A DNA stretch of 64,000 bases. Source: Hamiltosporidium tvaerminnensis FI-OER-3-3. Its lineage: Eukaryota; Fungi; Microsporidia. Positions within the stretch are counted from its first letter, which is position 1. The number at the start of each line of letters is the position of its first letter. A model generated the notes under the pieces. That model was not told the origin of the DNA and did no database searches. It was given only the letters and a program-made list of their open reading frames with translations. Location of the stretch: assembly GCA_022605425.2 (NCBI GenBank), contig JAKIMF020000007.1, positions 124,001 through 188,000 of the forward strand, given 5' to 3'. This document shows positions 59,051 through 64,000 of this stretch, piece after piece. The translations under genes and the position numbers were made by a program.

Positions 59051-60522
59051 ATTTTCCTTCTTTATTCAACACAATTATACCTAGAAATACAAATTACCTA
59101 ATAATTTATATTATTTCCAAAAAAAACCTTATCACCAAAATATTATATAAGACATACCTTAAAAAAACCAACCAATTTAAAAATATTATTGTTTTTTTAA
59201 CAATTTCATCTAAGATAATCTTAATATAAACTTATATATTAAAAAAACCATAAAATATATTTTAAACCGCATAAAATTATTAATTAAATTAAAAGAGATA
59301 TGAATTGGATAAGAAAAAAGAAAAAAGATAATAAATTGTATTTAGAAACTAAAGAAAATGCTTTATCTGTAATAGAAAGTACATTACTATCAAAAGAACA
59401 GATCAAACATTTAAAAAGCAAAGAAAATATATGGAAATAAATGGAAATATAAAGAAAAACTAAGAAAATAAATGGAAATATAAAGAAAACTAAGAAAATA
59501 AAGAAAATAAATAACTTAAAGAAACTAAATAATCCAAAAAAATATAAAAAAACCCAATGAACTTAAAGAAAAACTAAGAAAATATAAAAATACAATTATT
59601 GAAGGTAATCCAAGATTTGAAAAATATTAAAAAAAAAATATTTCTAATTTTAAAGACAGATAATTAAATGATAAAAATAAATAATAAAGAGTTAAATCTT
59701 ATAATTAAGCTTTAATTCAAACATTCTAAATCCTATAAATTCATTTATTTTATCTTAAATCCTATAATATATAAATCTTCATACATTGTAATTCTTAATT
59801 TTCTAACTTATAACATATAAATCTTCATACATTGTAATTCTTAATTTTCTAACTTATAAATCCTATAACTGATAAATTATAAATCTTCATACATTGTAAT
59901 TCTTAAGTTTTATATTAATTTCTTAATTATAAGATTAAATACTTTAATTAAGCATTCATTAAGACAAACAAATGATATAAAATTAATATAAAACCTATTT
60001 TGAATCTCTCTTTTCTATTTATATCTTCTCTTTACATCTCCCCATCTATCTATACAATATAATATAATATAATATATCCATATTATATCTCTATCTATCT
60101 ATCTATCTATATCCCCATCTATCCGTAGTATATATCTATCCATCTATCCCTTTACCCCCATATAATATACCTCTATCTCTTACTTTCTATTTATAAACTA
60201 AGCACCTCTTTTCTTATCAATAACGTAACATTAAAATATAAAATGTCACATTCAAATTCAAACACTGTTTAACCAATAGAAAAGTCAATGATAACAACTT
60301 TAGATGAATAAAACATAAACTGTGATATATAATAGTGATATATTACTTATATATTACTAGTGATATAGCAGTAATACAAATATATTAGTAATCTATTAGT
60401 AATGTACAAATGTATTAGTAATACAAATGTAGTAGTAATACAAATATATTAGTAATGTACAAAAATAAATTTCTAAAATATAAATCAATTATTTAACTAT
60501 TAAACCATTTAAATAACTACTA

Positions 60523-60806
60523 CATACCACTTATCTAAATACTGTTATTATATACAACCAATAGAAATAATTATCTATTTAACTAATACATAACACTTAT
60601 CTAAATACTGTTATTATATACAACCAATAGAAATAATTATCTATTTAACAAATACATACCACTTATCTAAATACTGTTATTATATACAACCAATAGAAAT
60701 AATTATCTATTTAACAAATACATAACACTTATCTAAATACTGTTATTATATACAACCAATAGAAATAATTATCTATTTAACAAATACATAACACTTATCT
60801 AAATAC
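60523..60806. repeat. 66-bp tandem repeat (~4.3 units) directly upstream of the RING gene
   Basis: ttatctaaatactgttattatatacaaccaatagaaat at 60531, 60597, 60663 and 60729. Confidence 0.93.
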
Positions 60807-60887
60807 GTTTTAAAAAAAAGTATTGGCTCGTATTTTTCTAGAATTTTTTTTTAAAATTTAAAAACATTACAATACAGAACCCTTTTA

Positions 60888-61331
60888 ATGAAAAGAAAAA
60901 ACATACCTCCAAATCCTAGAAAGACTAAGCGAATTAGACGAGATCGACAACCATCTGTGTCACGGGGACCGGTGAGTGAAAATATAAATGATGATTTTAC
61001 ATTTGAACTGATATTCTTTATAATGCCTGTTACTGGTAGAATTACAGCTAATTTTATGTTGAGAAATAATTTACAGATTATTATTGAAGTTTTTTCGTTG
61101 AATCCTTTGCCACCCAAAACTGTTTCCAAGGTAGATTTGGAAGAGATACCTGTTGTTAAATATGTGAAGGGTGTTATACCACAGACAGAGTGTTCTATAT
61201 GTCTTTTGCCTTATCGTGTAGGACAAAGGCTTAGATCTTTTAAGTGTGGACATTATTTTCATTGTAAGTGTGTTGATAAGTGGTTGCTTGGGTTTAGTGA
61301 TAAGTGTCCTATGTGTCGTGTTACTGTATAA
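60888..61331 (+). CDS. RING-H2 E3 ubiquitin ligase
   Basis: CSICL...CGHYFHCKCVDKWL...CPMCR. CCC motif before the ATG. Confidence 0.92.
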   Translation: MKRKNIPPNPRKTKRIRRDRQPSVSRGPVSENINDDFTFELIFFIMPVTGRITANFMLRNNLQIIIEVFSLNPLPPKTVSKVDLEEIPVVKYVKGVIPQTECSICLLPYRVGQRLRSFKCGHYFHCKCVDKWLLGFSDKCPMCRVTV

Positions 61332-61444
61332 TTACATAGTTTATAGATTTTGTTAAAAATAAAATAAATAAACTAATTTAAGTATTTTTATATTTCTATA
61401 TTTGTATATTTGTATATTGTATTATATTGGTTTTTATTATATTG

Positions 61445-61617
61445 TGTTGGTATGTGTTATGAAAGGAGTAGAGATATGTGTTATGAAAGGAGTTGGTATG
61501 TGTTATGAAAGGAGTTGTTTTGTCTCGAGAAAGGAGTTGAGATGTATGTTATGAAAGGAGTCGAGATATGTGTTATGAAAGGAGTTGAGATGTGTGTTAT
61601 GAAAGGAGTTGAGATAT
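61445..61617. repeat. ~24-bp minisatellite (tatgtgttatgaaaggagttgaga)
   Basis: About seven units are visible. Confidence 0.9.
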
Positions 61618-62396
61618 ATTTGTAAAAATATTTATTTATAATTTTAATTGAATAAATTAAAAAAAATATTTTAAAAAAATATATTATTGTGGTTTGTAGT
61701 AGTGAAGGGGAAGATTAATAAATGCAAAGAAAATGAAAAATGGATAGGAATGAGTAAAGTAAAGAAAATATAAACTATAAATAATTAAATAAAGAAGTTA
61801 AAGAATTGAAACTAGGAAACTAAGAATTAAATAATTAAATAATGATTAGAATTAAGAATGATAATGAAGTTAAAGAATTGAAACTAGGAACTAGAAATTA
61901 GGAATAAGAAACCAGAAACTAGAAAACTAGGAATAAGAAACCAGAAACCAGAAACTAGAAATTAGGAATAAGAAAACTAGAAATTAGGAATGAGAATAAG
62001 AATGAATTTGATGTTTTTATTTAAATTTTAAAATTTGAATTGTTCATTTAATTTTTTTGTATTTTTTTTTATAAAAATTATAAATTTTATTGAATGATTG
62101 GATTTCTTTATCTTTTGTTATAATTTACATTGTTATTTGTAATTAATATATTTCATTGTTATTTATAAAAGTAAAATTTGAGATTTGAGAGTTAAAATTC
62201 TTTTTTTTTTAAATATTTATTTTTATTAATTAAATTGAAAAATGTTTAGAAGAAATGTAAATAATAATTAGATTGTAAAAAAATATTTCTAATTTGTACA
62301 TCATTAGGTATTGATTATGTCTTATTTAAATTCTAATCAATTATTTTAGGTTTTTTTTATATCAAAAACTAAAAGTTTCATATATTTTTTGTAATT

Positions 62397-62630
62397 GATT
62401 ATTTATAGTTAATCTCTATATTCTTATTTATAGTTAATCTTTATATTCTTAATTATAGTTAATCTCTATATTCTTAATTATAGTTAATCTGTATATTCTT
62501 ATTTATAGTTAATCTGTATATTCTTATTTATAGCGTATCCCTATATTCTTATTTATAGTTAATCTCTATATTCTTATTTATAGTTAATCTCTATATTCTT
62601 AATTATAGTTTATCTCTATATTCTTAATTA
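62397..62630. repeat. 25-bp minisatellite (tattcttatttatagttaatctcta)
   Basis: About nine units are visible. Confidence 0.92.
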
Positions 62631-64000
62631 CGATATTTACTACTGGTTATTAAGCTCGTAGATTCCGACTTGATTTTACGTTTTACATTCCACAAAAATA
62701 AACCATAACATGAGATTTACTATCTTTTAATTTGAGTATCAAAGCTATAATTTCTTAATCTTTATTTTGGTTTTTAATACTTCATATGATATTTTATCAG
62801 AATATTTTCTTGTTTTTAATAGTTTGCAGGTAAATTCTTAAATAATTTAAAGAAATTTTTTGATTTGTATGTTTTTCTTCTTCAGATTTTATTTGCTTTT
62901 GGTTTTTTTTTTAGAAGCTTCAGCTCAATATTTTCTTTATATTCTGTTTAGATAAACATATATTTTTATTTCATCTGTTTTTTTCTTTCTTAAAAGTATT
63001 TATATATGTGAAACGTTTTTTCTTTGTCTCATAAAAAGTCTTTTTTAACTAATATACTGTTTAAGTTTATATATTGGTTTTATAATATCTTAATTATATT
63101 TATTAATTTTTAAGTCGAGCAGGTATAATTATTAAAGATATAAATGAAATATACAGAGTTAAGAGGAAAAAAATAATTAATTCGCTTTTTAAGCTTCGGT
63201 AAAAAATCTTAAGAATTAAATTCTGAAAAAAATTGTTACTTAAAATATAATTTTTACAAAATGACTATTTGTGTGATTGATCTCTTGAAAAAAATTTGGT
63301 CAAAAAAACCAGCCTTTTTTTTAGACTAAAATATTTTTTTTAACTAACTGTGTGATTTGTCCGAGTTAGATTCAAGTAAATCTCAGTTAGCAAAATACTT
63401 GTCTTAACTTTATCCTGGCAAATTACGTAAGTGGTTAAGATTTTAAAAAAAAACAAGATAATATTTTTTAAATATATGTTGTGATCTATGATAATACATG
63501 AGGGTTATTAAAAGATGGTTAATACGAATATCTTTTTTAATCAATCAAACTATTTTTGTTTTTTTATTTTCATTTCTGTGTCCAATTATTGGTGTAAGAT
63601 TTATGAACAAATAATAAGAGTCATATTATTAATCTAAAAAATTAAGATTTCAAGTCTTTGTTATCGTCGCCATGGCATTGCTCTATTGAATAATGGATTT
63701 TATTTAGGTTTAATCTATTAATATAAACTAATGTTCTGTTTTTTTATTAAATAAATATTTTTTTATGGTTTTTTGTTGTATTTATACTTGATTACTGCTA
63801 ATTCTGTGTTGTAATTTATATTTTGAATAGATGCTTTGTTTAGAATCACTTCATTATCGATTTGGCTTGGAATATTTTAATATTTGTTGGGTTGACACCT
63901 AGATTCTCGTTTGAACTAAATATAGGGATTTGATGTAAATTTCCTCTTTGTGTCAGGATAGATGGTATTTTACGAGTTTAATTGATTTTTAATCTTAATT

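Overview
Very AT-rich, gene-sparse eukaryotic DNA that reads like a microsporidian genome: compact intronless genes, a CCC or GGG motif just upstream of most start codons, and A(A)TAAA signals close to stop codons. The species cannot be fixed from the sequence. There are about 15 credible protein genes: a PCI/Thp1-like protein, HEI10, BRCA2, an Rgp1/arrestin-like protein, an SPF30-like Tudor protein, a USP deubiquitinase, a REX1-like exonuclease, AHA1, VPS74, a RING-H2 ligase and several orphan secreted or membrane proteins. Between them lie many transposon remains: an RT + restriction-like-endonuclease (R4/Dong-type) LINE with a 14-bp TSD and many decayed relatives, an RTE-clade 3' fragment, a ~230-bp RTE-tailed SINE family and a Helitron remnant. 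The most striking object is a ~720-nt non-coding element present three times (27451-28173, 47552-48270, and a diverged, interrupted copy at ~14876-15807). The two intact copies have 16-17-bp target-site duplications and end in AATAAA. By eye the element folds on the + strand into a dense multi-helix, pseudoknotted structure, and differences between the copies preserve pairing as G-U wobbles. It is a candidate large structured mobile RNA that I cannot assign to any known class. All alignments and folds were done by eye.
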